DNA of 42,790 bases from Pirellulales bacterium (GCA_044368305.1 JBIPLS010000002.1:1-42790), one strand, 5' to 3'. Positions 8,028 to 17,689 are shown, counted from the stretch's first letter. Notes: generated by a model from the letters alone, not told the origin. Made by a program: numbers and translations.

Positions 8028-9014
8028 ATGAAGACACGCGGATTCGGACGGACGGGCTGGCAGGTCTCCGAGATCGCCTTCGGAGCCTGGGGGATCGGCG
8101 GCAGCGACTGGGCCGGCGCCGACGAGCGGGAATCGATGGCCGCCCTGCATGCCGCCCTCGATTGCGGCATCAATTTCTTCGACACGGCCGATGTCTATGG
8201 CGACGGCTACTCCGAGCGGCTCATCGCCCGGCTGCGGCGCGAGCGGAGCGAGCCGTTTTACGTCGCCACGAAGGCCGGCCGGCGGCTGCCCGAGCAGACG
8301 GCCGCCGGCTACTCGGCGGAGAACCTGCGGGCATTCGTGGACCGGAGCCTCGCCAACCTGGCGGTCGAGCGGATCGACCTCCTGCAACTGCATTGCCCGC
8401 CGACCGAGGTCTACTACCGTCCCGAGGTCTTCGGGTTCCTCGACGATCTGGTCGCGGCGGGCAAGATCCACCATTACGGCGTGAGCGTCGAGAAGGTCGA
8501 GGAAGCCCTCAAGGCGATCGAATACCCGCACGTCGAGAGCGTGCAGATCATCTTCAACGCCTTCCGCCTGCGGCCCGCCGAGCTGTTCTTCGAACAGGCG
8601 CGGCGGCGGAACGTCGCCGTGATCGCCCGCGTCCCGCTGGCCAGCGGCCTGCTCTCCGGGCGGTTCACCCGCTCCACGACGTTTCCCGCCACCGACCACC
8701 GCACGTTCAACCGCGAAGGCGCGGAGTTCGACAAGGGGGAGACGTTCTCCGGCGTGGACTACGGCACGGGCCTCGACGCGGTGGAGCGGCTGCGGCCGCT
8801 GGTGCCGCCCGGGGCCACGCTCGCCCAGTTCGCGCTGCGCTGGGTGCTGTCGTTCGCCGCCGTGTCCTGCGCTATCCCGGGCGCGCGGCGGGCCGACCAG
8901 GTTCGCGACAACACCCGGGCCGCGGACCTGGCGCCGCTCGACCCGGCGACGATCGCCGCGGTGCAGGCGACCTACGACGAGCTGATCCGTCCACTCGTCC
9001 ACCAGCGCTGGTAA
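8028..9014 (+). CDS. Aldo/keto reductase
   Basis: FGAWGIGG, FFDTADVYGDGYSE (Asp/Tyr), ATKAG (Lys) and LLQLHCP (His) form the AKR catalytic tetrad context. Full-length 328 aa. Confidence 0.9.
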   Translation: MKTRGFGRTGWQVSEIAFGAWGIGGSDWAGADERESMAALHAALDCGINFFDTADVYGDGYSERLIARLRRERSEPFYVATKAGRRLPEQTAAGYSAENLRAFVDRSLANLAVERIDLLQLHCPPTEVYYRPEVFGFLDDLVAAGKIHHYGVSVEKVEEALKAIEYPHVESVQIIFNAFRLRPAELFFEQARRRNVAVIARVPLASGLLSGRFTRSTTFPATDHRTFNREGAEFDKGETFSGVDYGTGLDAVERLRPLVPPGATLAQFALRWVLSFAAVSCAIPGARRADQVRDNTRAADLAPLDPATIAAVQATYDELIRPLVHQRW

Positions 9015-9027
9015 CCGGCGCCGCGGG

Positions 9028-10644
9028 TCACTCCGCCGGCGGTGCCGCCACGGCCCACAGGTTCTTCTGCGAGGCGACGAACAGCGTGCCGTTGGCGGCG
9101 GTAGGCACCGACCAGACCGGCGTGCCGAGCTTGATGTCGGCGATGTGCCGCCGCTCGCGGCCCGCCGCGAGCACCGTCAGGCCCTTGCGGGTGCCGACGA
9201 ACACCTTGCCATCGACGACCAGCGTGCTCGACCAGATCTCGTCGCGGGTGTCGTGCACCCAGAGTAGAGCGCCGTTGGCAGCGTCGAGGCAGTGCACCTT
9301 GCCGGCGTGCTCGGCCGCGTAGAGCAGGCCGCCGGCGATCGACACCGTGGAGAGCGTCCGGCCGATTCCGAGGTACTGCCACACCCGCGCGGCCTCGGTG
9401 GCGTTGCCCTTGCCCTCGAGCGTGAAGCAGGAGAGGGCGCCGCGGCCGGGGCCGTGTATCGGATCCTGCCCGATCGCCACGTAGACCCGGCTGCCGTGGA
9501 CGACGGGGGTGCCGATGATCTCGCTGGGGCTGACGAGCATGCCGTCGGCGTCGAGCTGCTTCGGCGCCCCGCGGACCAGGGCCCAGTAGTCGATCTGCTC
9601 ACCACCGCGCTGGCGGTAGCCGGGCGGGTTGCAGTCGAACCACCAGGCCTCCTCCAGCGTGCCCGGCCCGGATGCCGCCGCGGCCGCGACGAACGGCCGG
9701 AAGGCATGGCAGACGCCGTCGCCGGCGCCGTACAGCACGAGCGGCCGGCCGTGCACTGTGGCGAGGGCCGGCGACGACCACTGCCCGTGGAACACGGCCG
9801 CGCTGATCCGGCCGTCGTCGCGGGCGAGCAGGCCGCCCGTCCGCTTGTCGAGGACCACCAGCGACGGCGCCGTCGGCAGCACCACCTTGCCGTCGTAGAC
9901 GCCGTTGCCGGTGCCCACGTAGAGCTGCTCGCCGAGGACCAGCACCCCGCAATTGGAGGCGTCGTGCGGGAAGACGGGCAGATCGCGGAGCATGTCGAAC
10001 CGCCAGACGATGTCGGCGTCGGCGGGTCCGAGCGCCACCGGGGCGGCTCCCTCCGGCACGGAGAACGTGGCCTCGTCCCGGAACGGCCCGTCGTTGCCGT
10101 CGGCGAGGCCGTCGGCGTCGAGGCACACCACCTCGCAGCGGTTGGTGACGAGGTACACGCGGTCGCCGTCCACGGTGGCCGTCGAGCAGATGCCGAGGTT
10201 CATGGCGTCGAAATCCTCGCTCACCTTGGAGCGGTCGATCTCGAGCTTCGGCACGACCAGCCGCCAGAGCATCCCGCCGGTCTTCTCGTCGAGGCAGAGG
10301 AACACGCCCCCTTCGGTGGGCCGGAACCGCGGGTCGTCGAGATCCTCGTCGTTCGTGCCGATGAAGATCCGCCCGCCGGCGACGACCGGAGCGGAGTAGT
10401 TTTCGCTGCCGAGGCGGGCGATGAACCGCACGTTCCGCGCCGTGGCGGGATCGAAGCCCAGCCGGTCGCGCTTCTTCTTGCCGGGGAAGAAGGTCTCGGG
10501 GATGCCGGTCTCGAGGGCCGCCATGTTTCTGGCCGGCGTGCCGCCCCACTGCGTCCAATCGGCCGCCGCGGCCGTGCCGCCGCTCGACGCTCCCATGCAC
10601 CAGCCGAGCAGCGCCGCCCACGCAGACCGCGGAATCCGCATCAT
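9028..10644 (-). CDS. Secreted PQQ-like beta-propeller repeat protein (BamB-family fold)
   Basis: Track ORF 9028..10764. The start is set at ATG 10644 because GGGAGG lies 6 nt upstream and a signal peptide follows (MMRIPRSAWAALLGWCMGASSGGTAAAADW). WTQWGG motif and repeated G..Y(V/A).. blade motifs. Confidence 0.8.
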   Translation of the reverse strand: MMRIPRSAWAALLGWCMGASSGGTAAAADWTQWGGTPARNMAALETGIPETFFPGKKKRDRLGFDPATARNVRFIARLGSENYSAPVVAGGRIFIGTNDEDLDDPRFRPTEGGVFLCLDEKTGGMLWRLVVPKLEIDRSKVSEDFDAMNLGICSTATVDGDRVYLVTNRCEVVCLDADGLADGNDGPFRDEATFSVPEGAAPVALGPADADIVWRFDMLRDLPVFPHDASNCGVLVLGEQLYVGTGNGVYDGKVVLPTAPSLVVLDKRTGGLLARDDGRISAAVFHGQWSSPALATVHGRPLVLYGAGDGVCHAFRPFVAAAAASGPGTLEEAWWFDCNPPGYRQRGGEQIDYWALVRGAPKQLDADGMLVSPSEIIGTPVVHGSRVYVAIGQDPIHGPGRGALSCFTLEGKGNATEAARVWQYLGIGRTLSTVSIAGGLLYAAEHAGKVHCLDAANGALLWVHDTRDEIWSSTLVVDGKVFVGTRKGLTVLAAGRERRHIADIKLGTPVWSVPTAANGTLFVASQKNLWAVAAPPAE

Positions 10645-10733
10645 GAATCCTCCCGGGTACGCAGCGGATTGTTGATCGCCCCGCCGGCCGGGTCCAGACT
10701 CTGCAGCCACCGTCCGGCCCCGGTTCCGACCCC

Positions 10734-12038
10734 ATGACCGCGTCACCCCCCGCACGATCCGCACCGCCCGCAGGGCCGCGGGCCGCCCTGCCTGCCGGCG
10801 CCGACGTGCTGGTCGTCGGGGCCGGTGCCGCCGGGCTGTTCGCCGCCACCTGGGCCGGCCGCGCGGCCGCGGCGGCGGGGCGGCCGCTCTCCGTCGTGGC
10901 CGTGGACGGCGCCCGTACGCTGGGCGCCAAGATCCTCGTCGCCGGCGGCGGCCGCTGCAACGTGACGCACGTCGCGGTCCACGACCGCGACTATGCCGGG
11001 AGCACGCCGCCGGCGATCCGCAAGGTGCTCCGCCGGTTCGGCGTCGCCGACACGGTCCGCTTCTTCGCCGCCGCCGGCGTGGACCTCAAGGAAGAGGACA
11101 CCGGCAAGCTGTTTCCGGTCACCGACTCGGCCCGCACCGTGCTCGGGGCCCTCCTGGCGGAGGCCCGCGCCGCCGGCGCCGCGATCGTCCATCCCGCCCG
11201 GGTCACGGCGATCGATCGCGATGCAAACGGCTTCGCCGCAGTCACGGCCGCGGGCACGATCCGGTGCCGCACGCTGATCCTCTGCACCGGCGGCAAGTCG
11301 TTGCCCAAGTCGGGATCGGACGGCGGCGGCCTGCTCCTCGCCCGGGCGCTGGGCCACTCGCTCACCGCCCCGATCGTGCCGGCGCTGGTGCCACTGCTCC
11401 TGCCGCCCGGACACTGGATCACCGCCCTGGCGGGCCTGACGCTGACCACGGAGATCACGCTGGCCGCGCCGACGGGCAGGCGGCTGTTCGCCACGACGGG
11501 CAGCACGCTGTGCACGCACGTCGGCCTGTCGGGGCCGGCGGTCCTCGACGCGAGCCGGCATTGGCTCGTGGCCCGCGCGGCCGAACCCGACGTCCGTCTG
11601 GCCATCGCCTGGCTCCCCGGCACGACGGCCGAGGCCGTCGATCGGTTGCTCGTCGCCGGCCAGTCGCGCGGGCCGCTCGCCACCCTCCGCGACCGGCTGC
11701 CCGACCGGCTGACACGGGCGTTGTGCGCCGCGGCGGGCGCGGACGCGACCGGCGACTTGCCGCGGGACGCCCGCCGCCGGCTGGCAGCCCTGGTCGCGGG
11801 CACCCCGCTGCCGGTCACGGGCGATCGCGGCTTCGCGGTGGCCGAGGCGACGGCCGGCGGGGTGCCGTTGGCGGAGGTGCGGCTGGAGACGATGGAAAGC
11901 CGCGTCTGCCCGGGGCTCTACCTCGCCGGCGAGATCCTCGACGTCGACGGCCGGATCGGCGGCTTCAACTTTCAGTGGGCGTGGGCGAGCGGCTTCGTCG
12001 CCGGCACGGCCGCGGCGGCACGGCTCACGACCGCGTAG
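10734..12038 (+). CDS. HI0933/BaiN-family NAD(P)/FAD-dependent oxidoreductase
   Basis: DVLVVGAGAAGLFAA (dinucleotide-binding), GAKILVAGGGRCNVTH and C-terminal GEILDVDGRIGGFNFQWAWASG are hallmarks of the HI0933-like flavoprotein family. Confidence 0.85.
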   Translation: MTASPPARSAPPAGPRAALPAGADVLVVGAGAAGLFAATWAGRAAAAAGRPLSVVAVDGARTLGAKILVAGGGRCNVTHVAVHDRDYAGSTPPAIRKVLRRFGVADTVRFFAAAGVDLKEEDTGKLFPVTDSARTVLGALLAEARAAGAAIVHPARVTAIDRDANGFAAVTAAGTIRCRTLILCTGGKSLPKSGSDGGGLLLARALGHSLTAPIVPALVPLLLPPGHWITALAGLTLTTEITLAAPTGRRLFATTGSTLCTHVGLSGPAVLDASRHWLVARAAEPDVRLAIAWLPGTTAEAVDRLLVAGQSRGPLATLRDRLPDRLTRALCAAAGADATGDLPRDARRRLAALVAGTPLPVTGDRGFAVAEATAGGVPLAEVRLETMESRVCPGLYLAGEILDVDGRIGGFNFQWAWASGFVAGTAAAARLTTA

Positions 12039-13198
12039 TTGAAGGCCCCGTGCCGGAGATCGATCGTCCGCAGCACCGGCGCCGCCTGCGCAGGCGGCGG
12101 CACCGCGGGCAGGAGCCGCTCGACACGCTCGATCACATCCGCCACGGCCACCTCCTCCATCGAGGCCCGTCCCGGCATCCAACGCAGGTCGCGGTCGCGG
12201 CGCGGAAGCATCCAGGAGAGCAGGCGGTCGATGGGGCCACGCGCGACCCGCGGGGAGCGGACGACCTCGCTCTGTGCCATCCACGGCGCCCAGCGGTTCG
12301 GGTCGGTGGGGCCCACGAGCACGACGATCGGCACGCCGAAGGACGCGGCGAGATGCACCAGTCCCGTGTCCACGCCGATGCACAGGTCCACGCGGGCGAC
12401 GAGCCCGCCGGTCTCGCGCAGCGAGAGCCGCGCCGAGAAGTCGTGGATGTGCCCACGGACGTCCGGGGCGACGGCCGCCTCGAGCCGGCGATGATCCGCG
12501 GCGTCGACGGCCGCGCCGCAGAGCACGATCTCGCAGCCCCGGTCGCGAACCAGCCAGGTGACGAGGCCGGCCCAGCGGTCGGGCCTCCATAGCCGTGCCT
12601 TGTCGGTGCCGCGCATTGCGAGGAACACCCGCGGCCTGTCGGGGGGCAGCGCGGCGAGCCGGGTGGCGACCCGCTTCGCGACGGGCTCCGGCACCCAGTT
12701 CTCGTTGCGGCCGTCATCGACCTCGATGCCGTCGATCCGCAACTGGTCGAGATAGATCTGCACCCGGTGCCGCCCCCGCGAGGCGGGCACGGCCCGCGTC
12801 AGCAGCAGCCGTCCGAACTCGCTGGCGAAGCCCACCCGGTGGGGAATGCCCGCCAGCCATGCCAGCAGGGCCACGGAGGTGGATCGTTTGAGAAGGTAGA
12901 CCCGCGAGTAGCCACGGCTCCGCAACCAGGCGGCCGTGCCGCGCAACGCCAGGAGCGACCTCCCCCGGCCGCGGCGCGGACGCTCCCAGGCCAGGAGTTC
13001 GTCCGGGTACGGGCAGTCGGCCAGCACCGCGCGGGCCGCCCCCTCCACGAGCACGTCGATCACGGCATCGGGGAAGGCTCGGCGCAGGTTCCGCAGGAAG
13101 GGGGTCGCGAGCACAGTGTCGCCGATGTAGCGGGTGCAGACCACGAGGATCCGCTCCCCTGCCGCGGCAGTCACGCCCTGGTCGCTGCGCACGTCCAT
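11972..13198 (-). CDS. Glycosyltransferase family 9 (LPS heptosyltransferase-like)
   Basis: ILVVCTRYIGDTVLATPFLRNLRRAFPDA and CIGVDTGLVHLAASFGVPIVVLVGPTDPNRWAPW are GT9 signatures. The track start is GTG 13222. ATG 13198 is preferred (see the leaderless-pattern finding), but the start is uncertain. The 3' end overlaps the convergent gene by 67 nt. Confidence 0.75.
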   Translation of the reverse strand: MDVRSDQGVTAAAGERILVVCTRYIGDTVLATPFLRNLRRAFPDAVIDVLVEGAARAVLADCPYPDELLAWERPRRGRGRSLLALRGTAAWLRSRGYSRVYLLKRSTSVALLAWLAGIPHRVGFASEFGRLLLTRAVPASRGRHRVQIYLDQLRIDGIEVDDGRNENWVPEPVAKRVATRLAALPPDRPRVFLAMRGTDKARLWRPDRWAGLVTWLVRDRGCEIVLCGAAVDAADHRRLEAAVAPDVRGHIHDFSARLSLRETGGLVARVDLCIGVDTGLVHLAASFGVPIVVLVGPTDPNRWAPWMAQSEVVRSPRVARGPIDRLLSWMLPRRDRDLRWMPGRASMEEVAVADVIERVERLLPAVPPPAQAAPVLRTIDLRHGAFNYAVVSRAAAAVPATKPLAHAH

Positions 13199-13205
13199 GG
13201 CGGGA

Positions 13206-13211
13206 ATGATA
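13206..13211 (-). promoter_or_regulatory. -10-like hexamer TATCAT (minus strand), 7 nt upstream of GT9 ATG 13198
   Basis: Plus-strand ATGATA at 13206-13211 reads TATCAT on the minus strand, followed by tcccgcc and ATG 13198. Confidence 0.3.
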
Positions 13212-13328
13212 CGCATCCCCACGCGGTCGCCGCAGCGCGAGTTCGGCGAGGGAAACTGGGGGATTTGAGCCGACTTCCCAACCCGCCCCGAGCCGCGGAT
13301 CCGTGACGCCGGGTCGGGCGGCGGCCGG

Positions 13329-16319
13329 TCACCGCGCGAAGCCGACGAAGAAGCTGAAGATCTGCTTGCTGTCGTAGGGCGCGTAGGCCACCGGGAAGGC
13401 GAAGTCGAGCGCGATCGGCGCCGGCCCCATCGCCGGGAGCGTGATCCGGAAGCCGAACCCTGGTGCCACCCGCATGTTGTTGATCGACACGTTCGACTCG
13501 ACGGTGCCGAAGTCGGTGAAGAACACCCCGCGGAGCGTGTCGTCGGCGGTGATGGGGTACATGTACTCCACCGTGTTCAGCCACTGGAACGGGCCGCCGA
13601 CGATCGCCAGCTGGCCGCTGGAGCCCGCCTCGCGTGGGCTCGCTCCGCGGAACACGAAGCCGCGGATCGTGTTGTAGCCGCCGGCGAAGAAGTTGTCGTA
13701 GGCGGGCGTGTCGGGGCCGGACATGCCGAGCACCGAGCCGATCGCGAGCACGTGCCGGCCCGAGCCGTCCGGCCGCTCGTTGAGCAGGAAGTATTGCCGG
13801 CCCTCGAGGATGCCGCGCGGATAGACGTAGCTGCCGATCACCTGCTCGAACTCGAAGGTCGCCAGGTGGCCCTGCGTGGGCAGGAACGGGCTGTCGCGGG
13901 TGTCGTGGATGATGCCGCCCGAGAAGCCATACAGCGAGTTGGAGCCGAGCATGGCGTCGATCGCGGGCACGCCCGGCACGCGGGGATTGAAGACATCCAC
14001 GCTCTCGCCGCGAAAGCCCGCGTTGACCGACAGGTCGGGAGCGAAGGCGAACTGGTAGCCGAGCCCGATCCGGCCGCCGGTCCGCGACTCGGCCCAGTCG
14101 TAGAAGGCCCGCGTGTAGTACGACGCCGACAGCGACAGGCCGATCCGCGTGTCGAACAGGTAGGGCTCCTGGAACGTCGCCATGTAACGCTGCAGTTGCG
14201 TGCCCGGCGCGGCCTCGAGCCGGAACCTCTGGCCGGCGCCGCGGAAGGCCGTGCCGTTCTTGACGTCGTCCCAGCTGCGGGGCAGGCGGAGGATGTCGAA
14301 GTTCTGCTCGTCGACGACGATGTTGCCCACGAGGCCGGCGTTGGAGTTGACGCCGGCGCCGATCATGAGCCGACCGGTCTGCGTCTCCTCGGCGTCCACG
14401 TCCACGATCACGTAGGGTTCGTTGCCCGGAAACACGGGCATCCCGCCGCCGCCGAAGTCGGGGAGGGCGGGGGGCTGGAATCCGGGCGGCTGGTTGGGGT
14501 CGAACTGGCCGACGGGCTGGGGGGCGAATCCGCCGCCGGCCCCCACGGCGGGCTGCATGACGCCCGGCTGTGGGCCTCCGGCCACGGGCTGCTGCACGGT
14601 GTAGGCGGGCGCCGGCTGGATCGGCACGCTGAAAGCCTGCTGTCCCGGTTGCCAGCCCGGCTGCTGTTGCGGGTAGGGCCCGGCGGCCGCCGGCGGCTGC
14701 GGCGGCATGCCGAACGCCTGCTGGCCGTTCGGCACGACGGGCTGCTGGACGAACGGCTGCTGCACGAACGGCTGCGGGCTCTGCCCGCGCCACACGGGCT
14801 GCTCGGCGACGCGGGCCGGCGGCGGAGCGGCCGCCGGCCCGGGCTGGGGCCCGTCCGGCATGGCGTCGTGCCATTGTCCCTCCACCGCCAGGTCGATCAC
14901 GGCGTCCGCCTCCGTCCCGTCCGGGCTCTGGCCGCGGAAGCCCGGCCGGTCCGGATCGGCGGCGATCTGCGTGCCGCCGTCCTCGGCCTTCGAGAACACG
15001 ATCTTCGGCCCCGCGCCCTTGGCCGCGTCGGCGAGGAACAGGCTGCTCGACTTCAGCCGGCGCTCGTCGTCCCGCAGCTTGCGGATGTCGAGGATGTCGC
15101 CCGGCCGCAACGACAGCCGGTTGAGCACGGTGCTGTGGCGGGTGTGCGGATTCTCGCCCCTGATCCGCACGTTGATCTTGCCGACGCGATACCGCTGGCC
15201 CTCCGTGATGCTGTAGACGAGATCCAACTGGCCCGGCTGCTCCAGGAACCGCGGGTCGGCCTTGATGTCGGCGAACACGAAGCCCCGGCCACCGTAGACG
15301 TCGCGGATCATGTTCAGGTCGCCGTCCATCTTCGCCTGGTTGAAGTGCTCGCCGCTCTTGAGCTTGATGTCGCGCTCCAGGAACTCGGTCTTGAACTTGC
15401 TGTTGCCGACGAACGACACGTTGCGGACGGTGTACCGCGGCCCCTCGTTGATCACGAAGGTCAGGTAGGCCCAGTCCTTGCGGCCCTCGTGCACGACCTG
15501 CACCTCGCGGCCCACCTTGGCCTGGAAGAAGCCGAGGCTCCGGTAGTAGGCGGTGAGCGTTTCCACGTCCTCGTCCACCACCGAGCGGTCGACGTCGCCG
15601 CCGAACACCCAGAGGATGCCGGGCTTCGACTTGATCTGGGTGAGCAGGCGGGCGTCGCTGGCGATCGTGTTGCCCACGAAGCCGGTCCAGGCGATCTTGC
15701 GGCTGCGGCCCTCGTCGATGAGGAACACGGCCCCCTTGTCGCCCGGCTTGCCACCCTCGATCGTGGTCACGCGGGCGGCGTCGAAGCCCTTCTCGTGGTA
15801 GTGCGACTCGATGCGGCGTCGCGCCTCCTCGACCACGTACGGGTCCATGGAGTCGCCGACGTCGATCTCGCTCTGTTTTCGCAGCGCCCGGGTCGTGATT
15901 CGCTTGTTGCCGACGTACTTGACGTAGCGGAGCATCGGCCGCTCCACGACCTGGAAGATGACGACCACGCCCTCGGTGACGCGGACGTATTTGGGATGCA
16001 CGTCGACGAACTTTCGGGTCCTGTGCAGCGTGCGCACGTCCTGCTCGACCGCCTGCGGGTCGAAGACTTGCCCGGCCCGCGTCACGAGCTGGGGCAGCTT
16101 TGACACCTCGGTGGCGTGGTTGCCCTCGATCCGCACCTCGACGATGCGATTGACGTCGCCGCCGGCGTGATCGGCCGCGGTGGCCCCCGGCGGCGGCAGC
16201 GGGGACACCGCCGGCGGCACCGGTGCCTGGGCGACCGCCACGACGCCGGCGCAGGCCAGCGCCGCGGCAAGCAGCGTGGGACGAAAGGGTTTTCGGGCGA
16301 AGACTGCGCGCGTGGCCAT
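13329..16319 (-). CDS. bamA: Omp85/BamA-family outer-membrane protein assembly factor with POTRA repeats and a P/Q/G-rich insert
   Basis: Track ORF 13329..16463. ATG 16319 gives the signal peptide MATRAVFARKPFRPTLLAAALACAGVVAVAQA. POTRA-like repeats (IVEVRIEGN..., LRYVKYVGNKRI..., IAWTGFVGN..., VRNVSFVGNSKF..., VGKINVRIRG...). C-terminal barrel (TGRLMIGAGVNSNAGLVGNIVVDEQNFD ... GGYNTIRGF ... FFTDFG). Confidence 0.85.
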   Translation of the reverse strand: MATRAVFARKPFRPTLLAAALACAGVVAVAQAPVPPAVSPLPPPGATAADHAGGDVNRIVEVRIEGNHATEVSKLPQLVTRAGQVFDPQAVEQDVRTLHRTRKFVDVHPKYVRVTEGVVVIFQVVERPMLRYVKYVGNKRITTRALRKQSEIDVGDSMDPYVVEEARRRIESHYHEKGFDAARVTTIEGGKPGDKGAVFLIDEGRSRKIAWTGFVGNTIASDARLLTQIKSKPGILWVFGGDVDRSVVDEDVETLTAYYRSLGFFQAKVGREVQVVHEGRKDWAYLTFVINEGPRYTVRNVSFVGNSKFKTEFLERDIKLKSGEHFNQAKMDGDLNMIRDVYGGRGFVFADIKADPRFLEQPGQLDLVYSITEGQRYRVGKINVRIRGENPHTRHSTVLNRLSLRPGDILDIRKLRDDERRLKSSSLFLADAAKGAGPKIVFSKAEDGGTQIAADPDRPGFRGQSPDGTEADAVIDLAVEGQWHDAMPDGPQPGPAAAPPPARVAEQPVWRGQSPQPFVQQPFVQQPVVPNGQQAFGMPPQPPAAAGPYPQQQPGWQPGQQAFSVPIQPAPAYTVQQPVAGGPQPGVMQPAVGAGGGFAPQPVGQFDPNQPPGFQPPALPDFGGGGMPVFPGNEPYVIVDVDAEETQTGRLMIGAGVNSNAGLVGNIVVDEQNFDILRLPRSWDDVKNGTAFRGAGQRFRLEAAPGTQLQRYMATFQEPYLFDTRIGLSLSASYYTRAFYDWAESRTGGRIGLGYQFAFAPDLSVNAGFRGESVDVFNPRVPGVPAIDAMLGSNSLYGFSGGIIHDTRDSPFLPTQGHLATFEFEQVIGSYVYPRGILEGRQYFLLNERPDGSGRHVLAIGSVLGMSGPDTPAYDNFFAGGYNTIRGFVFRGASPREAGSSGQLAIVGGPFQWLNTVEYMYPITADDTLRGVFFTDFGTVESNVSINNMRVAPGFGFRITLPAMGPAPIALDFAFPVAYAPYDSKQIFSFFVGFAR
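14736..14780 (-). repeat. Imperfect tandem 15-nt repeat (about 3 units) encoding QPFVQ-QPFVQ-QPVV inside bamA
   Basis: The plus strand reads ..gggctgctgga cgaacggctgctgca cgaacggctgcgggc. Seen directly in the sequence. Confidence 0.8.
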
Positions 16320-16446
16320 CACGGGAAGCCAGGGGCTGGGGCGGAGCGGCCGCGGAGGAATAGCGGCAGCGAGCGGCTCGTCACAAGCCGAAAAGTGTCC
16401 TGCCGGGGATGCGGCCGCCGCCAACGGCTTGCCCAGACGACGATCC

Positions 16447-16476
16447 TTGACTGCCCCCCGCAAATCGCGGTACTTT
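16447..16476 (+). promoter_or_regulatory. Candidate sigma70-type promoter for the YrdC-like/phosphatase-rpiB operon
   Basis: TTGACT (16447-16452), 18-nt spacer, TACTTT (16471-16476), in the bamA/16556 divergent intergenic region. Based on hexamer match only. Confidence 0.3.
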
Positions 16477-16555
16477 TCCCAGTTCGACCCGCCGCTGCCC
16501 GTTGGCGGATCGGCTCCATCCGGTCCGCGGCCCCGCGACGCCGCCGGCTCGCTCC

Positions 16556-17689
16556 ATGCCGACGACGGTGATCGATCTCCGCCGGACCGAGGATCCTCGA
16601 GACGTCGTGCACCGTGCCGTGCAGGCGCTCGCCGAGGGCCGGCTCGTCGCCTTCCCCACCGAGACCGACTACGTCGTCGCGGCCAGCGCCCGCGACCTCC
16701 GGGCGGCGGCGGCCCTGCACTCCCTGGCGTTCCCGCGGGAGGCGGAGCCGCGGCTGACGCTGGTGCTCAAGAGCCCCGCCGAGGCCCTCGACTGGGCGCC
16801 GCGGATGACAGCGGTCGGCCTGCGGATCTCCCGGCGATGCTGGCCCGGCCCGGTGGCGATGCTCGTCCCCGACGACCATCCGGAGAGCCTCGTGCACCGG
16901 CTGCCGGCGGCGGTGCGGGAGTCGTTGGTCGGCGCGGGGCGGCTGCGGCTGCGAATCCCCGGCCATCCGCTGCTCGCCGACTGCATGCGGATGCTCGCCG
17001 GCCCGGTGGCGGTCGCCGAGCCTGGCGCCGACGCTCCCGCGGTCACCGCTGCCGAGGTGCTCGAACGGGCCGGGGCGGCGCTCTCCATGGCCATCGACGA
17101 CGGACGGGCCCGGTACGCCCAGCCGGTCTCGACCATCGAACTCGCGGGCGGCTCGTTTCGCGTCGTGCGGCCGGGAATCGTGTCGGAGGAGACGCTGCGC
17201 CGGCTGGCCAGCCTGATGGTGCTCTTCGTGTGCACGGGCAACACCTGCCGCAGCCCGATGGCCGAGGCCATCTTCCGCCGGCTGGCCGCCGAGCGGCTCG
17301 GGTGTCGTCCCGACGAGATCGAGCGGCACGGCGTCGTCGTCGCCAGCGCGGGCATCTCCGCCTGGGCGGGAAGCCGCGCCAGCCCGAACGCGATCGAGGC
17401 CATGACGGAGATCGGCTGCGATCTCGGCGGCCACGAGAGCCAGCCCCTGACCGAGCCGCTCGTCCGCCAGGCGGATGTGATCCTGACGATGACGGCCGCC
17501 CACCGGGCCGCGATTCTCGCCCAGTTTCCCGAGGCGGGCGGTCGCGTGACGATGCTGTCGCCGGATCGCCAGGACGTCCTGGACCCGATCGGCGGCAGCC
17601 TGGAGACCTATCGCCGCTGTGCCGGGCAGATCCGGGGGCATCTGGCCGCCCGGTTGGATACACTCGGGATCGAGCCGGCCGACGCCTGA
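16556..17689 (+). CDS. Fusion protein: YrdC/Sua5-like (TsaC-fold) domain plus low-molecular-weight protein phosphatase domain
   Basis: Track ORF 16502..17689, ATG 16556 preferred. N-terminal LVAFPTETDYVVAAS, CWPGPVAMLVP and RIPGHPL are YrdC-like. From codon 221 (ATG 17216) MVLFVCTGNTCRSPMAEAIFR carries the CX5R P-loop (17231-17251), and DPIGG is the Asp loop. There is no stop between the domains. Confidence 0.8.
   Translation: MPTTVIDLRRTEDPRDVVHRAVQALAEGRLVAFPTETDYVVAASARDLRAAAALHSLAFPREAEPRLTLVLKSPAEALDWAPRMTAVGLRISRRCWPGPVAMLVPDDHPESLVHRLPAAVRESLVGAGRLRLRIPGHPLLADCMRMLAGPVAVAEPGADAPAVTAAEVLERAGAALSMAIDDGRARYAQPVSTIELAGGSFRVVRPGIVSEETLRRLASLMVLFVCTGNTCRSPMAEAIFRRLAAERLGCRPDEIERHGVVVASAGISAWAGSRASPNAIEAMTEIGCDLGGHESQPLTEPLVRQADVILTMTAAHRAAILAQFPEAGGRVTMLSPDRQDVLDPIGGSLETYRRCAGQIRGHLAARLDTLGIEPADA

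Noticed and set aside
6471-9002. 843-aa minus-strand ORF spanning the sulfatase and aldo/keto reductase loci
   Set aside because: It crosses two well-supported plus-strand genes and their intergenic spacer. The composition is dominated by R/G/P/A, and there is no SD or motif. Antisense artefact.
13752-16103. 783-aa plus-strand ORF, and the 567-aa minus-strand ORF 13171..14874
   Set aside because: Both overlap bamA out of frame or antisense and translate to R/G/A/P/H-rich sequence. The bamA frame has POTRA and barrel motifs and a signal peptide.
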